DNA of 63,088 nt, filler included, from Thraustochytrium aureum (taxonomy: Eukaryota), in NCBI GenBank assembly GCA_012862495.1. It is 6 parts of 4 records of this genome, joined end to end, with 100 filler letters (N's around TTAATTAATTAA, not from the genome) between each part and the next. Parts side by side here need not be neighbours in the genome. Positions count along the whole stretch, not along the records: positions 31,155 to 52,146 come from BLSG01000241.1; 5 more parts are not named here. One strand, written 5' to 3'. Both the position numbers and the translations under genes were made by a program. Below the pieces are notes generated by a model. That model did no database searches. It had not been told where the DNA came from and saw only the letters and a program-made list of their open reading frames with translations. Positions 35,807 to 46,716 of this stretch are shown here, in pieces (the stretch's first letter is position 1; each line of letters opens with the position of its first letter).

Positions 35807-38800
35807 ATGGAAGAGCTCGAGGCGGCGCGAGATGCGCTGGGTGCCGCAGGGGAGTCGATTGTGCTGGATGGGCAGATGGTAGCGAAGGTCAAGGAGCTCG
35901 TGGTAGGGGAGCGCGCCGCGCAAGTGCTGGCGAGGGTGAGGGCTGCAGCGACCGGGGCGAGGCGAGATGTCGTTGTGCTGAATGCTGCGCTGCTGCTGGC
36001 GTGCAAGCTTGGGCGAGCGGATGTCGTGCGCGTGCTGGTGACCGATCGACAGGGCGCGGGAGGGCGTGCGGCCGAGCTCGGTGCAATGGACAGTGTGATG
36101 AACTGCCCGATTCACCTGGCAGCCGAGAACGGGCATTTGGAGTGTGTGCGAGTGCTCGTGGAGGAAGGAGGCGACGACGTAAATCGCACGAGCCAGGCCG
36201 CAAATCGCACCGAGAGCACGCCCTTGCACGCTGCCGCGTTCGGAGGCAGCGTAGAGATCGTACGGTACTTGGTTGAAACCTGCAAGGCCGAGGCGAGGCC
36301 GGCCGCGGCTGACGGCACAACTCCACTGCACTTGGCCTGCGTCAAGGGCCACTCGGAGGTGATCCGCTACTTGATTGAAAATACTGGCGCCGATCCGTTC
36401 GAGGGCAAGCAGTTCTCGCCTCTGGAAGTCGCCGCCCTGTTTGGGGTCCCCGCGTCCATGAAAGCTGTGATTGACGCGATCAGCACAAGAGCTGGCAAAG
36501 CAGCACAGCTGCGCCAGCGCGGCGCTGCTGGCCCCGAACGCCCTACGCTCGGAGCCTTCATGTTTCGCGTCATGTTTCTTGCACTTTCCTCGGTTGTCGG
36601 GCCGCGAGNNNNNNNNNNNNNNNNNNNNNNNNNNNNNNNNNNNNNNNNNNNNNNNNNNNNNNNNNNNNNNNNNNNNNNNNNNNNNNNNNNNNNNNNNNNN
36701 NNNNNNNNNNNNNNNNNNNNNNNNNNNNNNNNNNNNNNNNNNNNNNNNNNNNNNNNNNNNNNNNNNNNNNNNNNNNNNNNNNNNNNNNNNNNNNNNNNNN
36801 NNNNNNNNNNNNNNNNNNNNNNNNNNNNNNNNNNNNNNNNNNNNNNNNNNNNNNNNNNNNNNNNNNNNNNNNNNNNNNNNNNNNNNNNNNNNNNNNNNNN
36901 NNNNNNNNNNNNNNNNNNNNNNNNNNNNNNNNNNNNNNNNNNNNNNNNNNNNNNNNNNNNNNNNNNNNNNNNNNNNNNNNNNNNNNNNNNNNNNNNNNNN
37001 NNNNNNNNNNNNNNNNNNNNNNNNNNNNNNNNNNNNNNNNNNNNNNNNNNNNNNNNNNNNNNNNNNNNNNNNNNNNNNNNNNNNNNNNNNNNNNNNNNNN
37101 NNNNNNNNNNNCATGTTTCTTGCACTTTCCTCGGTTGTCGGGCCGCGAGACCCGGAGGCGCAAGACCGGAATCGCGCCGAGACCTTTGCGGTTCTGGTCG
37201 ACTTCTTGCCGCGGCAAAACCTCGCCGCGATCCTCTCGACAAGCTACAAGAGCGTAATGTCACCGCACCAAGATGCCGCGAAACTGGTCTCTGGCGACAC
37301 GCTCCTGCACGTATGCGCGCGCCTTGGACGGGGCCGCTGCGTGGAGGCGCTGTTGGACGCTGGCGCTGACATCACCGTTCGCAACTCAAACGGGGACACG
37401 GCGGTAAACTGCGCCATGCCGCACCTGGCGGGGACGTCGGAAACCGGTCTGCGTGCCGTGGGTCGGCTGATCAAGGATTGGGAAAAGTTGCGCGTGGACG
37501 CCGAGAAGTCCATGGCGACCATCGAGTCAGAGGTAGACGCGGAGACCTCGCGCCAGGAAGCTGCCAAGCAGCGGCGCAAGTCGCGAAAGAAAGCCCGAAA
37601 GAAGGCGCGGAAGAAGACGCAAAGCACAGCCCACGCCGCTGCGAGCCGATTGCATCAAACTGGCAGCGCAAGCCCCGCCAAATCTCGGGCAGAATCCGGG
37701 GGGGCGCGAGCGACGATGATGCCGAGGATAACGACAGAGGTGGCGGGAGGGAGGAAGACGAGGAGGACGAGGAGGAAACGAACGAAGGCAACTCTGTCGC
37801 GAGTGCAGCGCAGGGTGGGTCCAGGAATGGCAGCGTCGGCGGAGAGCGCGCACCTTCAAGTGGACCCCGCACCCAGGAAGCCGCAAGCTGGCGTAGAGCG
37901 CGCCGCGAGCGAGGCCCAAGTGCGCGCTGATGATGAGCCGGGAGACTGGGTAATGCCGCAAAACGGCAAGATTCGCTTTGATGCAACAAGTCCCGGTTCC
38001 GGGGCAGCCCCGCAAACCAAGCTCGACAAGCTACGACAACTGGAGGAGCTCCTGCTAGACTCGATCGGCCAGACCGGCCCCAGTAGCCAGGAGAGCGCGT
38101 TGCCTGCGTCGACCATCGGTTCGAACGAGCCTACCTTTGCAAAAGGCCTCGCGGGCCTGGGAACGGGGTTGTCGCCTGCGTTGGAGGAAAACTCGCCATC
38201 GGCTCGTGGCAAGGAGGAGGAGCCCGCTTCGGCGCCGAGCGCCGTCTCGGACGGAACGGCGCGTTCGAACCCTCCTTCAAAGGGTGCGCTCCAGGCGGAG
38301 GCGGAAGCCACGGTTGAGCCACAGGGCGCCGAAGGGGTTGCAGCGGACTATGCTCCAAATAGTAGCGCTTATATTGAGGCGGCCGGCCCCTTTGGATGGC
38401 GAGTCGGCGAAGCGCCGCTCCAGGTGGACGACACTGCGTTCAGCTTGGAGCGCGTGATGCAGCAAGTTGCGTGGCAAGGCGCGTGGGAGCCCGCCTGGCA
38501 GCAGAGCTTGGACGATCCGGCGCCGGCAGGAGTAGTCGAAACAGGACCAGCCACGCCGCTCGGAGCCGTCGAGCTGCTGTCAAGCAGCAGGGCTCTTGCG
38601 CGGCAAGTGACGGCGAGCCAAGGCCAGTCCGGGATTCGAGAGCGCGACGGGTTTAGCGCGGACGACTTTTCCTTGTTCGAGCGCCTGATCCCCGAAGCAA
38701 GCGCAATGGGAATAAAGTTGGAGAATCTGCTTGGCGCTGGCCTTGGCGAGCTGAGTGCGTCGCAGCTCGACTTTTTGCGCGAAGTGCACGTCAAGCAGCT

Positions 38801-38921
38801 CAACCTCGTGGTGGAGGCCTCTGTCCAAGCGGCAATGGACCACGGGAGGGCCGTCGCGGAGGAGGAGCAGCGACGCAGCGCGGCGTTTCAAAGCTTCTCG
38901 GACTTTTACTTTGGCTCGTAG
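35807..38921 (+). CDS. Ankyrin-repeat protein with coiled-coil/basic segment and low-complexity C-terminal half
   Basis: PIHLAAENGHLECVRVL, TPLHAAAFGG, TPLHLACVKGH and GDTLLHVCARLG. The gap 36609-37111 closes in frame by overlap. Confidence 0.88.
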
Positions 38922-39218
38922 GTGGTTGGCGATCTGGGCCACGGCCGGCTCGAGCCGAGCTGCAGCAGGCAGCGCGGCCGCTGAAAAGTACCTTGTTGCC
39001 AGAGTACCGCCCGCGCTTTGTCGGCAGAGGGCCTTCGCTCTGGGCTACTNNNNNNNNNNNNNNNNNNNNNNNNNNNNNNNNNNNNNNNNNNNNNNNNNNN
39101 NNNNNNNNNNNNNNNNNNNNNNNNNNNNNNNNNNNNNNNNNNNNNNNNNNNNNNNNNNNNNNNNNNNNNNNNNNNNNNNNNNNNNNNNNNNNNNNNNNNN
39201 NNNNNNNNNNGAGCTTTG

Positions 39219-41399
39219 TTACAGAAATTCGGGCTGTGGAGTTGCCGATCCTCGGGACACGTGCGAGCCCCTGGACACGCGCGAGCCCGTGCTCGACTGC
39301 GAGCCGCGCGGGCTGACCGGCTCGGAGGCCTCACTTGAGAGGGTTTCGGTGGCCAGAGATGTATACGAGCGAGCCAGCACCCCCTGCCTCGAAAGCGAGC
39401 CGCTCGACATGGATCGCTCCAGGTGGGCGACCACGTTGACGGCGTCGCAAGTCTCGGGATGGTCGTCGCCGAGTGCGATGCGGTACACCTCGAGGCTGCC
39501 TTTTGAGTGTTTTAGCGCGGCGTCCACCTTGCCCCGGGCCTCGGAGACGAGGGCCAGGTTAAGAAGCGTTCGCGCCACAAGTGGGTGCATCGCTCCCAGG
39601 GCTCGTCGCCGGATCTTTAGGGCGGCCTCGAGGTGGTCTTGGGCCTCGCCGACCGCTCCTCGCTCAAGGTGCACGAGGGCGATGTCTAGTTGCGAGCAGG
39701 TGTCAGCCTGGCTTTGGCGGGATCGGAAGCGGGGGCCAGCGGCGCCAGCTGGCGGGCTACCGCGAAACTTACTACTTAACGTGACGGCCACGTCTGCGGC
39801 GTTCCCGTTGGTGACCGTTCGGTCGATCTCGAGCGCCGCCTCATACACTTCCAGCGCCTCGACAAACTTGCGCTGCACACGAAGCAGGTTGCCAAGATTG
39901 ACCAGCGAACGCGCGACAAGCGGATGCTTGTCCCCTAGTACGGCCTTGCGCGTGGCCAGCGCTTTGGAAAAGCTCTTGTACGCGTCGTCCAAGCGGCCGA
40001 GCTTGCGCTGCAAGCAGCCGATATTGTTGGACACCGCTGCAACGTGGGCATGCTCGTCCCCGTACCGCTCCACGAGCATTTCGAGAACCTGCTCGTAGGT
40101 GTCGAGCGCTTCGTCGGAGTGGCCCTGCTCGTCCAGCACGTTGGCGACGTTGTTGAGCACGGCCGCCACGTTGGGGTGACGCTTCCCGTGCTCTGCCTCG
40201 TAAATCCGCACTGCCGCGCGGAAGCAGTCCAGGCTGCTCTCCAAGAGGCCGTTGTCGTAAAGCAGCTCGCCGGCGCGCGCGACAAGATCCGCGAAAATGA
40301 GCCCGTCGGCGCCACGAGTCGAGGCAGGTCGGTCAAACTCGACCGCGTCCAGCGTAAACTTCTCGAGCCATGCGCGAACCTGCAGAGTAATCGCCTTGCT
40401 CAACTCCACAAATCCGCCGGGCAAGGCGTTGATTGCTGCGTGCAACTGGGCCAGGTCGCGGTGAGACGAGGCCTGCGCGCCGCGCAGGTCGAGCTCTGTG
40501 AGTTTTGAGGGCAGGGCCTCAAGGTCGCCCATGAGCACCAGGCGAAACCTGGACCGCGCAGTCGCTGGAAACAAGAGCTGCGGCGACTTGCCCGGGGCTT
40601 GCAGCATATGGTACACTTCCCAAGCGCACCAGGCTCGCTCCAGCGGCGCAGGGTGCTCCCACGACCCGAGAAAAACGAGATGCTCGTCGAAGCGAAGGAT
40701 GGCTTGCCCGATGTCTTTGGAGACCAAGTCTTTTCTGAGGCGCCCAACGCGTTCGTGCTCTTCGGCCGAGTCGGCCGTGTCCATTGAGAGCATGGCATGG
40801 TTCACCCCAAAGATGTCGAGCCACACGAACTGGTCGCTCCGCCTTGAGCGCGACTCGGATGCCCTCTCGCGCAGTGCGCGGACGAGCTCGGCGACTCTAG
40901 CGGAGCGAGGCACGGAAAGGAAGGCGCCTTGGAACGGCTTGCCCGCAGAAACCTCGGGGCGCTCCAGGTAGATGCTTCTGTTCTGCATCGTGCGGGGGAG
41001 CACGACGAACTCGAAAACGTCGCCCACGGTCCAGGCCTCGTGGCCCTTTTCCTCCACCTGGGCCCGCGAAAGGTTGATTTCCACCATTGCGCGGCCCGTT
41101 CTCGCAAGGAGCAGGTCTGAGCCCTCGATCTCATCGACGAGCTCGACCGTCTCGCCGCGCGCCACAACGCCGGCCACGGACTCGCGCATCACGAGGAGTT
41201 TCGGAAGCGACGAGTTGGTTTCGCTCACCAGGCTCTCGAAGAAGGCTACAGACACGCCGCGCCACTGCACGACGTCGTTGGAGAGGTTGTCTGACTTTGT
41301 CAGCACCGACGAGAGGCGCTGCCCGACCCGCTTGGCGAGGCTTGCTCGCGCCTTGTTCGTCCCGCTCGCGCGCTTGGCCTGTCGACCGAGGCTCGCCAT
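39219..41399 (-). CDS. TPR protein (kinesin-light-chain/NPHP3-type repeats) with an N-terminal HET-like domain; intron 39686-39772
   Basis: Repeats HPNVAAVLNNVA, HAHVAAVSNNIG, HPLVARSLVNLG and HPLVARTLLNLA; upstream FVWLDIF and RAWCAWEV. Confidence 0.85.
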   Translation of the reverse strand: MASLGRQAKRASGTNKARASLAKRVGQRLSSVLTKSDNLSNDVVQWRGVSVAFFESLVSETNSSLPKLLVMRESVAGVVARGETVELVDEIEGSDLLLARTGRAMVEINLSRAQVEEKGHEAWTVGDVFEFVVLPRTMQNRSIYLERPEVSAGKPFQGAFLSVPRSARVAELVRALRERASESRSRRSDQFVWLDIFGVNHAMLSMDTADSAEEHERVGRLRKDLVSKDIGQAILRFDEHLVFLGSWEHPAPLERAWCAWEVYHMLQAPGKSPQLLFPATARSRFRLVLMGDLEALPSKLTELDLRGAQASSHRDLAQLHAAINALPGGFVELSKAITLQVRAWLEKFTLDAVEFDRPASTRGADGLIFADLVARAGELLYDNGLLESSLDCFRAAVRIYEAEHGKRHPNVAAVLNNVANVLDEQGHSDEALDTYEQVLEMLVERYGDEHAHVAAVSNNIGCLQRKLGRLDDAYKSFSKALATRKAVLGDKHPLVARSLVNLGNLLRVQRKFVEALEVYEAALEIDRTVTNGNAADVAVTLSSKFRGSPPAGAAGPRFRSRQSQADTCSQLDIALVHLERGAVGEAQDHLEAALKIRRRALGAMHPLVARTLLNLALVSEARGKVDAALKHSKGSLEVYRIALGDDHPETCDAVNVVAHLERSMSSGSLSRQGVLARSYTSLATETLSSEASEPVSPRGSQSSTGSRVSRGSHVSRGSATPQPEFL

Positions 41400-42319
41400 C
41401 GTCCTGGGGCCGAGTTGGTTCGGCTCTGCCAGCGCTTGCTTGGCTGCCCTCGAGGTCGAGCGCGTCACGACTGCTGCCCGGCTCGCGCTCGAGTTGACGC
41501 TTTTTATCGTGAGCGAGCCGGACGGGGGCCTGGCCGTGCCCGCGTCTCAAGCCGGCCAGTCCGCTTGTCGCTCGCTCGCTGACTGGCTGACTGGCTGGCT
41601 GGCTGGCTGTCCGCGTCGAGTTTTGTAACCCTGGCGCGTTCGGTCGATGCCTTGACGGCACTCGATGAAATCGGCGAGGTGTGGGTCACATTCAAGTTGC
41701 ACAGCGAATCCCGTCACGGAGATGCACCTTCAGGTTGATCCTGGCTGGCTGCTGCCGCGCACACCGCGGACTCGGATTTCATGAATCAGCGTCGCCGCTG
41801 GCTGGCAGACAGAGATCCTTCTCGTCTTGCGCAGACTCGGAGTTGCTCACGGACTCTCGTATGCTGTCACGTGATGTGCTCGTCAACTTTTGATTTCTTG
41901 TGACAAATTCTCGTCCCTGTCTTGTCTGGCACGTCACGGGCAACTCTTGGTTGTCAATTCATTCAAGGCGCTAAATGCGGAAATTCAATACTCGTAAGTG
42001 TCCTCGCAGAGCGTTCAAGATTGCAATTCAAAAAAGTGTGAATGACTCACGAGGCACCATCCATCCAACGCCTCATCCGTTCCGAGCCATCCGTCAGGCA
42101 AGTCGACTCCTTTCCGCGCTCTGCTGGGGCCCGCAAGTCGCGGCGGCGGTAGCTCCAAAATGGCCGGGGCCCGCAAGTCGCGGCGCCAGACACACCGCAA
42201 GGTCGGCGTTGGTCAACTTCCAGGTCACCTGCCGACGTTTCTCGCTACGCGCGAGTGCGAGAGAGGTAGGCTGTGGAGCAGTAAATAGATCGAAATGGTT
42301 GATTGTTTGCTGTCCCAGG

Positions 42320-43524
42320 TCAGGCGGCCTGCGACTCACGGGGCGTACTCTGGGCAGACAGTGGGGAGCCCATCGGGGAAGTCGAGAGCGCGAGGCTCTG
42401 GCGCTCCTGCTCGACAACGCGAGCAGCGAGCACACGACCCTTCTTGATCGTCGGTGCGCCAGGACTGACGCCGCCGTGAATCTGCGTGCGCCGCTTGAGC
42501 ATCAACTTGCGGAGCTCGTCGATCACGGGCGGAGGAGCCGGCGAGCTGGACGAGCTGGCGACGCTGCCCCGCTGCAGCGCAGCGAGCTTCGCAGGCTTTA
42601 GCGTTGCCTTGGCCATCGGCGAGTCAAGCTGCTTGAGAAGATCCTTGCTGCTTCGCGCCTTGATGTCGCCGAGGAAAGAGAGGCGCGCCTTGGCCGCCGT
42701 AGGCGGTACTTGTGCTGCTGCGGCTTGTGTGGGAGCCCGTCGCGAGGCCTCGGAGGTTTCGTGGCAGGCCGCGCAGACGCGAACCGGGTTTGTGTATCCC
42801 CAATGCGGCACTGGGACGTAGTGATCGCTGCATTCGCCGCAAAACAGCTCGCCGCAGCTTCGGCAGTGGTGCCTGCGCCTGAAGAGGGAAAACTCGCTCT
42901 TGCACCCGTGGCAAGCCTCGCGTTCCCAGTCAGAAACCCAGGGTGGAAGCGCAAGCTCAGGGGCTTGTCGCGCGCGGGCGGCCTCCAGGTCCCGAAGGCT
43001 CTGGTCGAGCGCCGCGCGGGCCTCGTCGTGTCCCTGCTTTGTTCGGTCCAGCTCGGCCTCAAGCTCATTGATGCAGGCGCTGCGCGGCGTCAAAGTGCGG
43101 CGTGTCAGCTCAAAAGCCGTATTGCGCCTCGTCCCGGCAGCGCGATTCTGGCGACGAGGGACGCGCAGCCCTCCACCCTGCCCGCTGCCGCCTCGCTCGC
43201 ATGGGACGCGAAACTTCCGAACGTCCGCGAGCAGGAGCTTTCCAGGACTCCTTTTTGCGCCTCGGAGCAGGTCCACCACACCAAGTTCTCCATCTTGTCG
43301 AGAGCTCGTCCGACGTCCTGCTTGACCCTGACTACGTCCAGTGGTCCAGTTGCGTCTGCGGAGTCGGTGTCCGGCACGCACATGCGTTGTGCAGCGGACT
43401 CGGAGCTTGACATTTCCGGTTGGCCACCGCCTTGTTTGGCTACCACGGAAGGCGCGGTGGGGACATTGTTGCGGTTCCCGTGCAGCGCGACGTTCTCAGC
43501 ATCCTCGCCCATGGCGCGCTCCAT
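42320..43524 (-). CDS. Coiled-coil + FYVE zinc-finger protein; unresolved frame break or intron at about 43080-43125
   Basis: WVSD..CHGC..F.LFRRRHHCRSCGELFCGECS..RVCAAC is a canonical FYVE domain. GCTGAC..GCAG marks a likely 3' splice site at about 43080. Confidence 0.82.
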
Positions 43525-44735
43525 GATTCGCTTCGTTTCGCCTTCTGTGTCCCGCGGGCTGGCCCTTTTGCCCGCCTGCAGACAGTTGGTTGGCCAGCAC
43601 GTGCCAAGCACGCTGTAGCAATCCGTCCTTTACACGTCCCACAAAGCCTCCTCGCCAGAGCGTGCCCGAGAGCCCTCGCTCGCGCCTGCGTACCTGTGCA
43701 GGCGTGCTAGCTGGATTGCACGAGAGCTGGGGCGCTCGCTGCGTTGGAGATCTGCTCGAGCGGGCGCTCGGCTCCGAGGTGGCCTGCTCTTCGCACAGTA
43801 AGTACACTGTTCCACATGCTACGACGCAGGTGTGGTTGGTGGGCGGGGAGGGTCGATTGTTCGCTCTTTGTGCGCCCTGCCGAGCGTTGCGCAGGCTGTC
43901 GCGTCGAGCTCCGGGCCAACTCACCACCGCCCGTGCAGTTCGTTCAACGCTGGTTTGGCGGGTGCGCGGGCTCTGGCGCAAGCAAATCTTGCGGCTGCGC
44001 GAACGCCGACAACTTGTCGGGCTAGTTGCAGAATTGTGCTGCTGCCCTGTCCCCGGAAACGGGTGCCAGGTGGGCCGGGACCCGCTGGTTGATGCAAAAG
44101 GTGCTTGCTGCCTGCGCGCATTACTCGCGGGACGACTTGGCGGGCGCCCTCTGGAGCGCAAAAAACCAAGTTGCTGTAGGTCGAACTTCGGCTCTCGCTG
44201 TCTGTCAAAGGCGTCCATGACGACCTGGTGCGCTGGCAAGGCCACCAGACCAAGCGGACCAATCGCTCTTGCAAGCTGGAAGCCGCCATCTCGCGCTCCA
44301 CTGTGCGGCCACGCGGCGTGCGCCGTCATGCCAGCCAGGCGCGGCCACAGCAACCCAGTCCTCCTGAGAGCAGTACAACCGGCAAGCGCAACGCGAGGTC
44401 GACCATGTCGTCCACGCAGGGCGGCGCGCGTGCGCCGTTGCCGCATTGAAGTGGCTGCCCGCCCGTGGCCAAGACAAGCCACAAGGCGCGAGAGGGTCTG
44501 GCATTCTTGCACAAGACGACAGAGGCCGGCCGTGAGCCGGACAGACGCGCTTGCGATGAAGAGACTCCCAGGTCGGGTCGCGCCGCCGCGTCCGCGCTCC
44601 CATCAGCCTGCTCCGCAGCAGCAGCCGCGTGAGGACGGCTCGACGGCGTAGCCTCTCTTCAAGAACAGCGATTCAAAGCGCTGAAAACCTCGCGCCCTCG
44701 AAGACGCGGCAGCTGCGGACTCGGCGTCGCCCCTG

Positions 44736-45288
44736 ATGGACAGCGCAGGGCAGGATGAGACTAGGCCGCCGGGGGCTGCTGGCCGCGACTCTGCGTCGCT
44801 TGAAGAGCTGAATAACGGTGAGTATCAGAAATCCGCAAGGCGCCAGCGTTTGCGAGCTGCTGCTGCTGCTGCTGCTGAGGTGCTCGCACTGACGCTGCGC
44901 ACAAACTCAACTAGCGGTGAGTGACGCGCTTCGTGCGCGCGGGGTGGCCGACCAGGTCAAAGCGCGGCTCCGTGCAGAGATATTTCATGTGCTCGAGGGC
45001 GGCGCTGGCGTGCCGCGGCCGCCGCTGCCATCGAACGAAACGCTGCTCATCAACGAGCTCATTAGGGAGTACCTGGACTTTAACGGTTACCGCCACAGCC
45101 TCTCTGTGTTTCTCCCTGAGAGCGGGCAGCCAGCTGATGCGCCTATCCCGCGCGAGATCCTCGCGCAGGACCTCAACTTGCGAGAGCCCTTTCCGAGCCC
45201 GGGCTCGCCGCGCCAGCTACCCCTATTGTACTCTGTCATTAGTGCGCAGCGCAGGGCTAGCGCTTCAACGAGCACTCGCCCAGTCTAG
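44736..45288 (+). CDS. CEP20: Centrosomal protein 20 (FOPNL/FOR20), LisH domain; intron 44818-44914
   Basis: Spliced product SLEELNNAVSDALRARGV..VKARLRAEIF..LLINELIREYLDFNGY..SVFLPESGQP..LPLLY. Intron GTGAGT..CTGAC..TAG contains a (GCT)7 tract. Confidence 0.92.
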
Positions 45289-45716
45289 CAACTCTGGAGA
45301 GTGCCTCGGATTGTGTTCCTTCCGTCGTTGCTCGACGCTACGTGACAAGGGTTTCGGTGCGGCGTTACTGACTGGCCGAAAATAAAAAGTGTCCACTGTC
45401 GCCGTTTCGGAGACCCGATTTGGCACCACCACAAAGTGCAGCTCGCCGGGTCTCGTAGCTTGGCGCATCGGAGCTTATCGAAACGCTTTCTTGCAGCAGC
45501 AAGCAACCAAAACCTGGCAACTTTTAAAATCCAACATCCAAATTGACGAGCTCGCCCTCCGGCGCCGTACATGCGCATCGCCCTTTGGATCCTCGACGTC
45601 CGAGTGAGAAGAGCTCGAGCGCCACCATCGGGACCAGGTACTGATGCCGCACCGCCGCCGCATCGCCGAGCGACGATCAGCCATCCAAGCAGACACGCAA
45701 AACAATGAGCAACTCG

Positions 45717-45849
45717 AGGCAGGCAGCAGGCACGAACACGCTCAAGGCAGGCAGCAGGCACGAACACGCTCAAGGCAGGCAACAGGCACGAACACGCTCA
45801 AGGCAGGCAGCAGGCACGAACACGCTCAAGGCAGGCAACAGGCACGAAC
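45717..45849. repeat. 28-bp minisatellite (AGGCAGGCARCAGGCACGAACACGCTCA) x4.7
   Basis: Units start at 45717, 45745, 45773, 45801 and 45829, with a single G/A variant position. Confidence 0.95.
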
Positions 45850-46716
45850 GCGGTCGAGCCGAGCCATCCAGGCCAATTCCTGTGCCCGCGCGAGGCCGAG
45901 CGACGACCAATCACGTCCACCATCATGATCCTCCCTCCACGCCGCTTGAAAATCAACGGGACTCGCACCGGCACGACCGGTGCCAAAGCGTTCCGCACAA
46001 CCGACTAAGAGTCCGCTACGGTAAACCGTAGAGAGCGCGAATTTGAACGGAGCCAGGCAGCACCGGCAGAGCCCGAACGACTCGCGCGAGCCGCGCGCCG
46101 CGAGGGACTCCCTCTCTCTCTGCCCGCGCTCGCGAGCGGCCGTCTAGCTAGAGCGACACCGCGTGCCCGCTGCGGTCGCGAGAGGCGCTGGATTGATTTG
46201 CTTTGGCGGTCTGCGATCTGGGTCGCATCGCTCCATCCTCGAGCAGCGAGNNNNNNNNNNNNNNNNNNNNNNNNNNNNNNNNNNNNNNNNNNNNNNNNNN
46301 NNNNNNNNNNNNNNNNNNNNNNNNNNNNNNNNNNNNNNNNNNNNNNNNNNNNNNNNNNNNNNNNNNNNNNNNNNNNNNNNNNNNNNNNNNNNNNNNNNNN
46401 NNNNNNNNNNNNNNNNNNNNNNNNNNNNNNNNNNNNNNNNNNNNNNNNNNNNNNNNNNNNNNNNNNNNNNNNNNNNNNNNNNNNNNNNNNNNNNNNNNNN
46501 NNNNNNNNNNNNNNNNNNNNNNNNNNNNNNNNNNNNNNNNNNNNNNNNNNNNNNNNNNNNNNNNNNNNNNNNNNNNNNNNNNNNNNNNNNNNNNNNNNNN
46601 NNNNNNNNNNNNNNNNNNNNNNNNNNNNNNNNNNNNNNNNNNNNNNNNNNNNNNNNNNNNNNNNNNNNNNNNNNNNNNNNNNNNNNNNNNNNNNNNNNNN
46701 NNNNNNNNNNNNNNNC

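Noticed and set aside
43590..44651. 353-aa and 338-aa ORFs between FYVE and CEP20
   Set aside because: Arg/Ala/Cys-rich, no domain, and overlapping on both strands. This is probably a divergent promoter region.
45717..45849. CRISPR-like array
   Set aside because: The units are head-to-tail tandem copies with no spacers.
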